In this document: one piece after another, positions 28,785 to 41,843 of the stretch
Numbering within the stretch: position 1 is the first letter of the stretch
Layout: each line of letters starts with the position of its first letter
DNA from: Camelus dromedarius
Taxonomy: Eukaryota
Assembly (NCBI RefSeq): GCF_036321535.1
Contig: NC_087437.1
Span: 43,898,001-43,962,000 of the forward strand
Length of the DNA stretch: 64,000 bases
Direction of reading: 5' to 3'
Program-made: the position numbers and the translations under genes
Notes under the pieces: generated by a model
The model's input: the letters and a program-made list of their open reading frames with translations, nothing else
Databases searched by the model: none
What the model was told of the DNA's origin: nothing

Positions 28785-30860
28785 CTTAGTATTGAGCATT
28801 TTCTGCGGGACATTGTACTGGGTAGGCACTCTAGAGGAGTTCATCATCCAAGGATAGAAAAGTATGTAAAGTTCTTCAGAGAAGGTTGGCTGAACAAGGA
28901 AATTTTGAGCTGAGCTTTGAATGATAAGTGGGGAATGAAGGGTGAAAAATACTGAATGTGAAAGGCACAGAGAGTTGAAGAATTATAGCTTTATTGGCTC
29001 AAAAGTCATTTGGATTAGATAGATCATAGCGTGCAAAACCTGGATAGGTGCATCCTTAGGTGTCAGGCTAAAGCCACAAGGAGCTGTTGATGGATTGCAA
29101 ATAGAGTGACACAATCAGATTGGCATTTTAGATAAATCTAATGGTAGAGGGAAGGATGAATAGGAAGATGGCAAAACTAGAATGGAGAGATCTATAAGGA
29201 TGCAAAAATTTAAGCCAAGAAAAGATGGAGACTTGGAAGTAAGAAATGGTAACAGACTAGGAACACAGCATGATTTGTTCACTGATTCAATGTGGGAGTG
29301 AAAGAGAAAAGGTGGAGCATAGAATTATTCCCAGGCTGTATTTTGAGTCACTGTGTTATGACAATCAACCTGGAAAGAGAAGACACAAAAATGGATTTGA
29401 GGAAAAAATTTTGAGTTTGACTTGTGGGGTGATGAAATGGGAATGGCATGTAGTTGGTTGCACACAATTTTGTATAGCTTGACAGAGAACTGGACTGCAG
29501 ATTGAGATTTGGCAGTCATCCATATGTATAGATGATAGTTGAAGTCGTTGGTACTGACCAGGAAGCATGAGGTTAGACCCTTGCATCTCTACCATTACCA
29601 CATATATATTTGATGAATGAATTATTTTACCTCTTGAAAAGCAGCAGCAAACTTTCAGAGGGACTATGAGGGAGATGGAAAGAAAATTTAAATAGAATTC
29701 TGTTATGGAAGCCAAAAATCCAAATAATTTTAAAAAACAGTCTTCAAATAGGTTAAATGATAGAGAAGTCAGGTATTTGGATTTGGCCATTATACATGTT
29801 TATGAGTTTATCTTTTATCTTAGATGTCAGGGACCTAAATTTGAAGTGATGTACCCTCTGACCTCATTGTTTACAGTCTAGTGGGAATAGAAGTGCAAAT
29901 AGTTCAATAACATTTATTTTAATGAAGGGAAATTATATAGAAAGTATGAAACAAAATTTGGGTGGGGTCAGGGAAGATTTCAGAGAGAAGGTATATTTTG
30001 AGTTAACACTGAAAAGACAGTTTTCTAGTACTAGAGAAGCAGATGGGATGATAAAGTTAAAATAATTCATTCATGCATGCAACAATGTCATTTTCTAAAA
30101 AAACCTGCAAGTAATTCAGCATCTTTGGAACACAAATTCTTAGTAGTGAGTGTGAAGATAATTGAGAAAGGAAGGGTTCAGAGAGAGAGGAGAGTCAACA
30201 TATAGGATATAGATTTGATTTTGTCATCAGTAAGGAGCTTTGAAAAATTATGGTTTGTTACAATTAGTACTATCCAACAAATATTTACAGACATCCTAAC
30301 CCCCCTTTCAGGCACATGGTAGTGTTGCACTTCCTGAGTCTTCCTGGTTGGGTGGAGCCAAGTGATACTGGCCAATGCATTGTAATGCAGTTCATCTCTG
30401 TACTTGAACCTTAAACACAAATGCAGAATTCTCTAGAACTCTCTGTTGTCTCTGGCACAGTACTGTGGCTACTCCATTGCCTGGTTCTCTGAGTTACTAC
30501 CTTGAGCAGAGCCTCCTGCTGAACCACAATGGACACATGTTACAAGCCACAAATCTCCACTGTATTAAGCTATGGTGATTTGGAAATTGTTTCTGTTGCA
30601 CAATGAAGTCTATTATGATTAAAAGAGATGGATATTAAAGATAATAAGAAGGTAGAATCAACAGGATATTGTAATTTACTGAAAGTACCAGGTAAGAGGG
30701 AGAAAGAGAAATATAAGCTAATGAATTGTATAAAAGATTATCCATTGGATTTTGTGGTTAGGTTGCCATTTGTTATCTTCAGGAGAGTTGTTTCGGGGCA
30801 TGATGGGGAAGGAAAGAATGTCAGTGGACTATAGAGTAAATGGGCAGTGTTGAGATCAAT
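28785..30860 (-). mobile_element. L2 fragments (at least two), interrupted by MLT1
   Basis: Purine-rich reverse L2 motifs: ttttgagctgagctttga, gtgacacaatcagattggcattttag, gagatttggcagtcatc, gtagaatcaacagga, ccattggattt. Confidence 0.7.
30265..30625 (+). mobile_element. MLT1 (I/J-like) MaLR LTR
   Basis: ttgcacttcctg...ggagccaagtga..tggccaatg...tgagcagagcctcctgctga...ttaagctatggtgatttgg. Confidence 0.75.
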
Positions 30861-31603
30861 AGCTTGAAAATAAACTAGCTGACTGTGAAATATCTGAACT
30901 TGAGAAAGATAAACATATTTGCTTTTATTTCAAGAAAATTCTGCAAGCTGTATTACCAGAGAGTGAAATTAATATATGATAAAACAACAACAACAAAAGA
31001 ATTATGGCTACACTTAATAGAATATACAAATAGCTTTGGGAAATGAATGATTCTCATTGGATAATAGGAACTACAGCCATTTCTGCTTTCCTTTACAAAT
31101 TCTATCTTTATATGGCATTTATATGAAGATATTCATCATTTATTTCTAAGAAGACTTCAGTTTTTGTTTGATTGCTTTTCAAAACATTACTAGTTTTCTA
31201 CATTTATTATTTTAAGAAATGAAACAGACAACATCTAGGTTCCATTTAGCTAATGCGAATATAATTCAAGCTGTAAGATAGACACGCTGTTCACTGTAGT
31301 TGTTCTGCAAAGGCAAGGAAAGCCATATTTACATCTTTCTGATTGTCACCTGTAAATGAAACATAATGACTTAATACAATGTTATTAAATAGCAAGCAGT
31401 TGAGATAACACTAATGCAAAGTAATGGCAAAGACCAGCATAAATCCATAATATGGTAAGTGTTGCCAATTATATGATTTTATTCTGAATCATATATAACC
31501 TATCAAACTGTACCTGTGTGCACTTTTAAACATGCTGCTTCATGAATAATTTTTTTCTATTAAGTTCTTTAAATCTTGAATAATCACCATAGTACCATGC
31601 CAG

Positions 31604-31605
<2 letters not shown>

Positions 31606-31632
<27 letters not shown>
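31606..31632. repeat. poly(T) tract, 27 nt
   Basis: Read directly. Confidence 0.95.
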
Positions 31633-31636
<4 letters not shown>

Positions 31637-33399
31637 GTGTATGTGGAGTCTTGACCCATAAAGATTCTGGAAAGCAATACATCCTTGCAAGGATGAAGCA
31701 AGATACTTCAGATACCCGGAAAAGTAACATAAGTTGGTTCAAAGTGGCTTATACATTAAATATATAATGACAGTTGTCAAAATATCTATTGTGGAATTGT
31801 ATTAACATAGACTCTATTCAAGGTTAAGCATTTACAGTAAGTGTTTTATTACAGCAAAAGCTGCACTATACTCCGTAGGGTCAAATCTGCAAGCATTAAA
31901 TTTCAGCAATTGCCATAATAGAGGCATTATGATAATGTCTCAGCCTCTTGGGTACACAGAGAGTTTGCATGCTATTATATTTTTCCTTTTCCACTCTTTT
32001 AAAGCTTTTGTCCACACAGTACTTGGAAAAGCAAGGATTTATGTCCTTCCTTATTTGAATATTTAGAACTTGATTTCAAAGGTTGAAATGAACATAATCT
32101 AAGAAAAAATAATGGCATATTACAGAAAGAGGAATACTCTTCCATCTGTTTCTAGATCTTCAGACACAAGAGGACTGCTCTTTATCACTAAGACCACATC
32201 TATTTTTTTCTGAGTCCCACCTTCAAAATTAATGAGTGGCCAAATATTTTATATTTCCCATAGGTAAGCTTAAACTCAGTTATTCTGTCGCACTATTTTT
32301 TCCTTGATTTATTATCATTATTTTAAAAAAGCATAACTGAAAAAGATACTATCTTTTATCATATAAGTTAATAGGCATAATTACCATCAGCAGGATGCTT
32401 ACAGTCTAAGATAAAAAATACAGTTCTTAAGAATTGGTATTGTGTGATAGCCACATATGTAAGTGTTTTAAATCTTTTATTTACTGAAGTTACAGCAAGA
32501 GGAATATGAATCTATTATTTTCTTTGCTAGACATCTGGAAAATACACAGTTCTGCCTAACTCTTGCAACTTGCCCTACTCATCTAAAGGGATATTCTGAT
32601 TCCATTTTTTTTTTTTATTGTGACTTTGTAATATCAGTCTCACCCAGTAAATGTATTATGGGTTTGGGCTCTAGTTTACATTTATTTGTTTATTTGTTAA
32701 ATAGTTTGCATTTTAAACGAGTAAGTGAACAAAAGTAGTTGACCCATGTTTTTAGTTACCTTTTCTTTAATGGCTGGAATGTTCAAAGTTTATAGATATG
32801 CTCAAAAAGATTATCAGTTATGTTTTTCAGAAAGTGCATTAGATCACTTTAGTTTCAGAAAAACAGCATCAGAACTTTATCTGTTGACATTTTTTAAAAA
32901 GTTTCCTTCAATTGAGTATTCTCATCTGTTGGTTTTTCTTAAATTGAGTATTTAGGATTTCTTAAATCAAATATTTAGGGGATTGGACTTATGGTTTAAG
33001 ATAAAGCGTAATAAAGCCAATAATACAATTACATAATTAAAAAAAAGTTGATCAAAATCTTTATTAGATTATCAGTAGTATTTGTATTATGGTTGGAAGA
33101 GGCTAATGGAACAGGGGTCCAACTACTTATATTCCTGTCTAAGCCTTCTGAAGGCTAACTGTGTAAAATCACTTGAAAATAAATCATTTCTGTGGTATGG
33201 CCCATGAATTTGAGTTGTTTTCTTGGCTGCCTGTTTTCTAGTTAGTCTTAAAAGACATGCAGTCTAAAATCATATACATGTCATCTTTGTTCCTTAATTT
33301 ATCTGTGCCCAACGGTAAAACCGGCTTCTCATCTCTGTAAAGAAACATTAGGAATGAGGAAAAAGCAGTCTCACCTGCCCCCCAACATATAAATATCTC

Positions 33400-34250
33400 T
33401 GAGAAGGGTATAGAGACACAAACTTGGAAATGAATTTGGGATGTTCTTGAAATGCAAAACTGGTCACTGGGTGAAGACTACAGTGCGCAGGATAGAACAA
33501 AACCAAATGAGGTTGGAAAGTTTGGCAGGAGCAAGATTATGTAGAGCTTTGTAGGCCAGACTTACGAATTTGGATTTTTATTTTAAATGATACTGGGACT
33601 CACAGGAGAGTTTCAAATAGGCAGTTGACATGCTTTTATTTAAATTTTTAAGGGATTTTTAAAAGATCTCTCTAGTTGCTTTTTCGAGAATATATTGTTA
33701 GGAGGGGGAGTGTAAGACAGGAGTCCATTGCAGAAATCTAGTTTAGATGTGTCGTGGCTTGGAAAAGTGTGATAATAGTGGAGAGGCAGAAAAGTAGATG
33801 GGCTCTGGATTTAATGACAGTAAATTTGGGAGTTGAGGGAAAACAAGGAATTAAGTGTAACTTAATTTTTTGTTTGGAATAACTAGTTTCCATTTGCTGA
33901 GAAGATGTCTTGTGGAGGAATACAGTTGGTTGTAGGGGAAGGGAATTATGAGTTCTGAGCTGAGAAGTCTATTTATTAGATATACAAATGGAGATGCTAT
34001 GCTAGAGTTACACATGTGAGTCAGGGTCCTCTGCAAGAGGCCAGGGTTGGTGACACAGTCATAGGCTTGCATATAGATTATATTTAAAACCATGGATCAT
34101 CCTCCACAGAGATTACAGATTGGTAAAACTTCTATCTTCGTAATCTCAGAGAAGAGAAACCTGAGAAAGAACAGATGATGAAGTGGTTGGAGAAACAAGC
34201 ACATGTGGAGTTACAGATGTGAAGGATGTGTTCAAGAAGGAAGCAGTCAG
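33400..34250 (-). mobile_element. L2 fragment
   Basis: agagctttgtaggcca..gaatttggattttt; gtggagaggcagaaaagtagatgg; atttaaaaccatgg. Confidence 0.75.
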
Positions 34251-34304
34251 CACAATTTTACTTTAACCAGAAAATTATACATAAGTGAAACAAAGTAAAT
34301 GAAT

Positions 34305-34332
34305 ACACACACACACACACACACACACACAC
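34305..34332. repeat. (AC)14 microsatellite
   Basis: Read directly. Confidence 0.95.
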
Positions 34333-35098
34333 GGTCACTGGGAATAGGCTGAAGAACAAAACCAGCTGCAGATATAGTGTGTGTTTTAAAGATTTGGTGT
34401 GTACTTCAACTTCCTACTAACCTACTGACAAAAGTGCTTTTTAATTTTGTTGTCGGTACTTAAAATTTATTTTTATTTTTATTTTTATCTTTAGTGGTTT
34501 AACAAGTGATGGTCAAGTGCTCTCGCCTAACTTTAATTGAAGATCTGCATCTCGCATGACAGTTAAATATCCTAGAGAAAGATAGCATGCATTTTTAGTT
34601 TGTACCATCTCAGATATTTATTCTTTGCTGCTATGTGTTTTCTTGGTCCTTTGTCAATTTTACTAAATCCTGGATACTACTGTATGCATATTGAAGCTCT
34701 ATTATTTAAAGCCAGCATGATTTCACTTAGAACAGTATTAGTTTGATCAGTAGGTCTGTGATTATTCACTGGAAATGCACCTGTCTTGGTTACATTCAGA
34801 AGCTCCCTTTCTCTTGATTTTTCAGTTTTGCATTTACACTTGCTCTTACATTCTTTTGTAAATATAATATTTTAATCAGATACGTTAATTTAAATTTAAT
34901 AACCCATTCTTATTATTCGTATTTATTTTCCCATTGTAAATGAAGTTGCAAAGATTTTTATTAGTTGTATATATAACAATATGCATAATAATACATATTT
35001 TGAAATTGAGTGTTACTCAGTTTCATATACTAATGTTGTGATTCTGGCCACTGAAGTACCACAAGTTGATTGACAAACTATGCTGTAATATATATACT

Positions 35099-35180
35099 GC
35101 AGAAACTCTCAACCCAGGCTGTGCATCAGAATCACTGCGGAGTTTTAAAAAATACAGTAGCTAGGGTTGAGAATCACTGC
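35099..35180. mobile_element. short MER5-like hAT remnant
   Basis: ctctcaaccc..gctgtgcatcagaatcac...gggttgagaatcactg, with terminal-inverted-repeat-like ends. Confidence 0.6.
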
Positions 35181-35729
35181 ATTCGGCTATATTGTAGGAG
35201 TACCAGCTGAGCTCACTATATCATAGAAATCTTCTAAAATATTGATTCCAATTTTCTGCTAGTGGAAGGCATGGTGTAGAAGCATAAAAACTTTGCACCA
35301 GCCTTAATGGGGAAAATAGACATCAGTAAGGTGACTTCAAATTGGTGAGAGCAAGAGGGAAATGTTGATGGATTAGAACAATATTGTTCTACTCTGTGAG
35401 ATGTCAAGGTTCAGAAGGAGTCATTGATCAGATTTGTTGACAATTCAGAGATATCTATCTAAAGATGTGGAGCTATGGGATATCAGAATCCCTTCCTTGG
35501 GTCTGTGTTAGTAGTTCTCAGTCATGAGACCTCTTACTGTTCTTGACTCTAGCTCATTCTGTGGTCAGAAGACATTTTTTTCCACTTAAGAATGAATGAC
35601 AGACTAATTCACATTTATTGTAGAAAAATGATATTAATCTGGTAACTAGAAATAACCACTTTCACATTATTCTCATGCTGAATAGCCTTTCAGACTTTTC
35701 TGTATAAGCAGTAGAATATGGTATGAGGC

Positions 35730-35995
35730 AAGCAGATTTTCTGGTTAAGAGCACAGACTCTTGAGACAGATTGACTGTCTTCAAATCCTTGCCTTGTCAT
35801 TTACTAACTCTTTGACTTTGGGCAAGTTATTTATTTTCCTTATGCTTCTGTTTTGTTTTTTTAGGCTATAGAGTGGGGATAATAATACCATATCCCCCAT
35901 TGGACTGTTATGGGGATTAAATGTATTAATTTATATAAGGCACTTAGTATTGTGCCTTGCACATAGCAAGCTCCCTGTAGATGTTAACTATATTC
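35730..35995 (+). mobile_element. MIR SINE, near full length
   Basis: tggttaagagcacagactct...tgactttgggcaagtta...ggggataataata...gcacatagcaagc. Confidence 0.9.
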
Positions 35996-37429
35996 TTATG
36001 TGAGTAAAAAATATACAATTAATAAAGGTTGGGTAAAACTACTTTCAGCAGTTTTTTTAAATGATTGCAAATTTCAGTGAATATTTGTTCATCTTCAGAT
36101 TAAGCAATTATTTATTTAGCACTGACTATGTGCCAGGCACTCTACATCTAAATTACCTTCTTTAATAGTATTCTGTTGTATTGATGGTCCTACATTTTAT
36201 TTTATCAGCTCCCTAGTAGTAGACATTAGAAATGTTTTCTATTTTTTAAAATATTATAAATAAGACATAGTCCTTGTAGCTAATTATGTGCACTTTTCCA
36301 TGATAAACGGCTAGAAATATCTAGGTCAAAAGGTATGCAGATTTCAAAGGCTTTTGTTATTTACTGACAAATTAGCACTCAGGGAGATGATGCCATTTAT
36401 GATCACAGCAGTGAATGAGAATTGAAGGCAGAGATCTTGAGCAAATATAGGTAGTTTTAGAAGGATAATTTAGGCATTTCACACCAAAATGTGGCATTAG
36501 AAAGCTGAAAGAGCCAATGAAAAGAAGTCCATAAATCAAAACTCTTCTGAAAAATTTTGTTACTGAGTTAATCATTTTGATAAACTTGCAGCAAATAGAA
36601 TATGAGATTATTAAATATGAGAGCCCAAGATTTTTTTTTAAATTCCTTGGTATTTATTGCCTGTTAGGGCTTTTTTAGGTCAGCAATCACCTACATATTT
36701 GAAAATGGCACAAATGAGGAATACTGTCATTTCTTTCGCTTAGAGATTATGGTATTATTTGTGTCTTCACATTAGTTGTTAAGGGTCAAAACACCTTGTT
36801 TTGGGTTGTTGCTAGGTATTCCTACTATTCCAAGAAAGTAGTGTTTTGGAAACATGAAGAAGTAAAGCAAAATTCTCTTTTTGGAAACCAGACTTATTTT
36901 CTAAATCTCCTTACTGTCTTCCTACCTCTCCCTTTTGTGGTCCTTCTCAACTGATTAATCAAAACCATAGTTTTCCTCCCTGCCGTGTATATATACAAAT
37001 GTTTTAAAGAGCCATCTTGGTAATCAACCCTCCGTGATCCTTCTTATCTTATGCTGTATATGAAAACACAATGCAATTAATTCATCCTTTAATAGTTACA
37101 TAGTTACAACTCCACCTTTAAACCTGATATTTAAAATAACTTAATATTTAGCATTCATTCAGTAGATAAGATTTTAAAAGATATTGTATAAGACTTTTCT
37201 TGCTTGAATTTTTAAAAATTGGAATAAAATTACAAATTGGGTATAAATATGAATTATCCCAACGTTTAAAAAGTTGTTTGAAAAGAAAATTAAGTTTTAT
37301 ATTATACTCAATGTATCTATCTCATCAGTATTAAGTAAACAAAAAAGAAGCTGTTGCTTATTGAATGCCAACAAAACCAAACCCACAGTTACATAAGTAA
37401 ATAGAGCAGTGACTAAATTCCTCTCAGTA

Positions 37430-37712
37430 GAATAACATAACTATTAAGTTACTAAGTTCTGAATTTAGTCTTCTGGGTTCAAATTCCAATACCATTATTT
37501 CCTTGGACAAGCTGTATAACCTCGCTAAACCTTAATGCCATCATCAATAAACTGGGCACAGTAACAGTACTCATTCATAGTTCTTTAGTTTTTTGTTGGT
37601 GGTGGTGGTGGTGATGGTGGTAGTGTGAAGAGGACTAATTGAGATAATGCATGGAAACACTGAGCACTATGTGACAGGAAATAGATAGCCAATAAATGCC
37701 AGCTATAGCTAT
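37430..37712 (+). mobile_element. MIR SINE with internal (GGT)n
   Basis: ctgggttcaaattcc..ccttggacaag..gagataatgcatggaaacactgagcac..caataaatgccagctat. Confidence 0.8.
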
Positions 37713-37783
37713 TTCGGTGAAATGCAAGGGAAAACATTTAAAAGCAGGTTTCCACTAGTATCACATGTTTCCTTTCTCCACAG

Positions 37784-37855
37784 TTGCTGCTGGTACGGAG
37801 TCCAGAGAGGTGAACAGATTTCCCCTTCCTAATAATACAACCACAGCAACTGCAG
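37784..37855 (+). other. candidate 72-nt phase-1 symmetric cassette exon
   Basis: Acceptor tgtttcctttctccacag, donor CAG|gtgtga, open in one frame only (xAAGTESREVNRFPLPNNTTTATAx); product not recognised. Confidence 0.3.
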
Positions 37856-38189
37856 GTGTGACTGAGGAGAAAGCAGAACTAACATCTCTTCAAGAGGGGA
37901 CCCCCTGATTCAACAGACATTATTCACTGTCTGAAGGCTGTGAGGGATATCGATAGACTAAGAACCTTGGCTGATCCTCTGGGGATAGACAAACTGAAAG
38001 ATACCCAATAACAATGTTTCTCATTCATCTTAAGGCAGACAAGGCTCTTTGAGCCTCCCAGTGGTCTTCTGGGGACAAAGTCACGAACTATATACTTTTG
38101 CAGCCTGGCTCTTTGTGTGTATTTCCTAGGTCCCTCAGAGGGAGAAGGGTGAATCAGGAATTGTGTTTGGATTAGCCAGACAAGTAGAA

Positions 38190-38480
38190 AAGCATGACAG
38201 ATAAAATCACAACAGGCTGCGAAGTACTTGCCAACTCACGGTTTGTTGTGTTGTTAGTACAAGCTTTCAGCCTGTCTGCTGAAGCTCAGTGAGCTCAGAG
38301 GACACCTCCGTTGTCTCGGGTGAAAGACAGCCTGTCACTAGAAGGTGGTGGCAATGCCAGAGGGAAGGGGCGTGGAAGTGCAAGCTTCCCATCGCCTTGC
38401 TGGCAGGGCAGCTGGTACTTGGATCAGGGAGAAGACAGAAGTGCAAAGTGCACCTTGCACACTTAAAGACCTTTGAAGAA
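38190..38480. promoter_or_regulatory. GC-richer promoter/enhancer-like block
   Basis: Retained CpGs, SP/KLF box GGGGCGTGG near 38367-38375, near-palindrome 38441-38460. Confidence 0.35.
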
Positions 38481-39924
38481 TTATGGTTACTATCTCAGCA
38501 TTTGCTGTAATGTAACACATTTGTACTTTTTTCCTTCTCTTTCAGAAAGTTTAGTCTTTTAATAGTCATGAATTTCAAATCCTCATATAAGCATGAAATG
38601 TTAGCACAGAATATACAGACATGCTTAAAGATGACTTTTCTAGTTTTTTTGTTTAGTTGATTAGTTGGCTTACGAGTTTTGATGTTTTGCAATTTTTGTT
38701 GTTGTTTCTGTTTTGCTTCTCTTGGCCAAAATACCTCATCAGACATAAGTCTTTTCCACAATTATCAAAAATGTTATTCTCTCGGCTGAAATGATTTTTA
38801 AACTTTTCATTGTTGCTTTAATAATACTCTTAAGGAAAGACATATACCTTTGTGAGTTATGTTTTAAAAACGAGATTTCAGTATAAAATAGGTATAATAG
38901 TGAGTCATGTCCAAATCTTCATTATGGAAATTGCCTGATCGAGAGATGTTATTCAGCATTTTGTTATGAAGAAAGCTGGCCTAGAGTTCTATAAAATGTC
39001 TTATAGACTAATGGAGTCTTCATTTTGGAACAAAGTATTTCCTTTTTAAAAGATGGGGTAGTAGGCTATATTTTTAGGCCATCCTGAGGGAGCAATACCT
39101 GAGAAAGTAATTAGAATCAGTAGTTGGGCAAGGACTGGGACCAGTGCTCAGGAATGATCTACATAATTCTGATATCAAGGGAGGTTCTCTTAGAGTCCTT
39201 TTCATCTTTGGGTGATTAATCAGATATTTAAAGTGAATACATTTACTTGATCTCATCTAGAGAGAATGTTTGAAAGTACAACATACGAAGAAATCATTGC
39301 AGAACGGCAGAGTTTTATAATTTGGCTCCTCAGTAACAAAGATCTTTGCTTCTAGTAAATTCTCTTTTTTCCATTATTTATCTGGATAACAATGCCTCTA
39401 AAAGAACAGTTTTCATAAACTCTAAAGTTGAGTCTAAATTCTCTCTGTAGGATCTATTATGACCTTATTTTTTTTTTTCTCGTAAGGATCAACTGTTTAG
39501 CAAAAGATTTGAATTTAATGTGCTTGAGTGTGACTATGCTTGCTGTGTCTGTAAATTGTGTGTAAGTTACAGAGAGTGAAAGGGAGAGAGAGAGAGAAAG
39601 ATTTTTCAGTTTTCCCAGCTATCAGTTCCCCTTCCTCCAACTAAACAAGTGAGACAATTAGTGAGCAGGCTAGTGCAGTAAGAGCTCAGACTCACTGTAA
39701 TAAGGTTTTCAAATTCTCCTGTAGGACAGTATGAATAGTCATATACATTCCTACGATCTTGTACGGTAACTTACTATTTTCCAGAGACCTTCTTATTAAA
39801 CCTTCCTAATGAAATATTTTCACTGCAGATTGCTAAATAAGTTATCTTACTGTCAGCATAAACTTTCTAATTCATATCTGGTATAGTTAGGCTCAGGGAC
39901 AGTTTGTTTGAAAGAGTAACAGAA

Positions 39925-40215
39925 AGAGTATTAGCAAACTTATTCATGGTTAGTACACGTCAGACACTGTTCTAAATGTTTTGTGAGTTTTTTAACTAAT
40001 CCAGCCTTCACTCTTGAGGAAGGTACTGCTATTAATACTTTTATTTTGCAGATGGGGAAACTGAGGCACGAAGAGGGTGGTTTTTTTTGTTTTTGTCTTG
40101 TTTTGTTTTTTTAACATGCTTGTTTGAGGTTACACAGCTATTAAGTAACAGAGCTAGAATTCAGACCTACACAGTTTGACTCTAGAGCTCACACTCTTAA
40201 CCAGTATGGCTACCT
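39925..40215 (-). mobile_element. MIR SINE
   Basis: attttgcagatggggaaactgaggcac...gaggttacacagcta..gactctagagctcacactcttaacca. Confidence 0.9.
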
Positions 40216-41650
40216 TGCTTTCCTGAAAAAAGGAAAAAGCTGATTTGTGTATAGTAAGAAATGCTGGCTTTTTGTTTAGAAATCCAAGTTAAAGACTTTA
40301 TCCTCAGGTTGTGGTTTATTCCCTCAAACCCATGAATCATCAGTCCTTGGTACAAGCCCTGTCTTGGTGCAGTTCATTTTCTTGTTCGTGCTTGCTCTTC
40401 AGCTTTCTGGCTGGATGGAGGACAGACCTCCAGTTAAGGCTCCCATCATGTACAGCATGTCAGCACCCTGAAGAGTAATGATGGGTGAGGAATCATTGAG
40501 ATTAATACCACGTGCCTAATGAAAATTCCTGCCAGGTGCTGGCAGGGTTCTGGGAGCTCTGTCATGTTACACGTGCATTGCTTTGTAATTTATGAAATGG
40601 TTTACAGATTTCCTGACTTTTCCGTGATATTTACATAGTTCTAGAATATAGCTGTTTAAATTTAGTGGTTCATTTATTTTAGATGCAAATAACTAATAAG
40701 ACTGACTGAGGACTTTCCTTCTTTAGTTAGTCAGCTACTTTAGAGTATAACTTAAAGGGAGAAAAATGATCTTATCAGTTTTATTATCTATACCAAAGCT
40801 GATGCTTTGACATAATCATTGCCAGTATTACAATTTGTTTCCTAAAGCTTAAATCCATCAAAGGGTGTAAAGGCAATGCAAAGTGGTTGGAACATGGGAT
40901 CATCCTGTTGTTTAACTCCTGTCTTTACTACTTACCTTTGATGCAACTCTAAGCAGGTTTCTTACCTCTGCCCCCCGAGCCTTCTTTTCCTCCATTGTAA
41001 AATGGAAATTATTTCATGGGCATTGTTCAGAGGATTCGTAAGACCTGATCATCTCTGACCAGAGGATCCTGCCCCCAAGTCTAGGCAACTTCACTCTGAC
41101 CTTTGCAGGTTGTTCTTCCTTCTCATTCTTTACATGTTTCATGTTACTGAGGACTACAACGTACGTTACTAGCTAGTACCCAATTTTTAATCCTGTGCTG
41201 GACTGCAGCTCTGAGTCCTTTTATACTCGTAACCCAGAATAGTAAACCAAAGAAGGAACTGCTGAGACAGTGTGATATAGTGCAGGATTTTCCAGATTTG
41301 CCTGCTAATAACAATCACATAGGTCATTAGATTTCCAAGTCCTTCCATTAGAGATTCTGATTTTGTAGGACTGGAGAGAGACACAGAAATATATATGTTT
41401 CAACCAGAGATCCAGATGGCTTTGATGACAAAGCAAGCATGGGAAACATGAAAGTAAGTTTTAGAGTTGACAGATTTTAGTGTAAATCCCTTATGAGCTA
41501 CGAAATTATTTAACTGTCTGAGACCTAGTTTATAGGTGCCTAATACAAACATCAGTTACTTTTCTTATAGCTTTGCTGATGGAGTCCAGAGTAAGTAAAC
41601 ATTAAATGGCTAGTTCTTGCTTCCTTGTTCTGCCACTACTTAGCATTTCC

Positions 41651-41843
41651 GAGTCATATGCTGGTAATATTTAATAGCCGACTCTTCAGAAAAGTAAGCC
41701 CTATGTTTGCCTATTTCTATGGTGTAAATACACCCATCACGGTTAATCTCAAACCACCACAATCCCAACACTGAAATTGGAGTTGAGGAGAGATGTACAC
41801 ATCTCTCCTGTGAGCTGGAAGTAGCGCTTCCAGTACAAACCTC
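41651..41843 (-). mobile_element. MER63-like hAT DNA transposon
   Basis: tgctggtaatatttaatagccg...atggtgtaaatac...gtgagctgg..ccagtaca; homologous to 13465-13643. Confidence 0.7.

Noticed and set aside
29365..29790. Longest ORF (141 aa) as a gene
   Set aside because: Lies within decayed L2; no recognisable domain or splice context
31606..31770. Poly(T) as the tail of a minus-strand processed pseudogene
   Set aside because: No canonical poly(A) signal at the expected distance, no TSD, no recognisable parent
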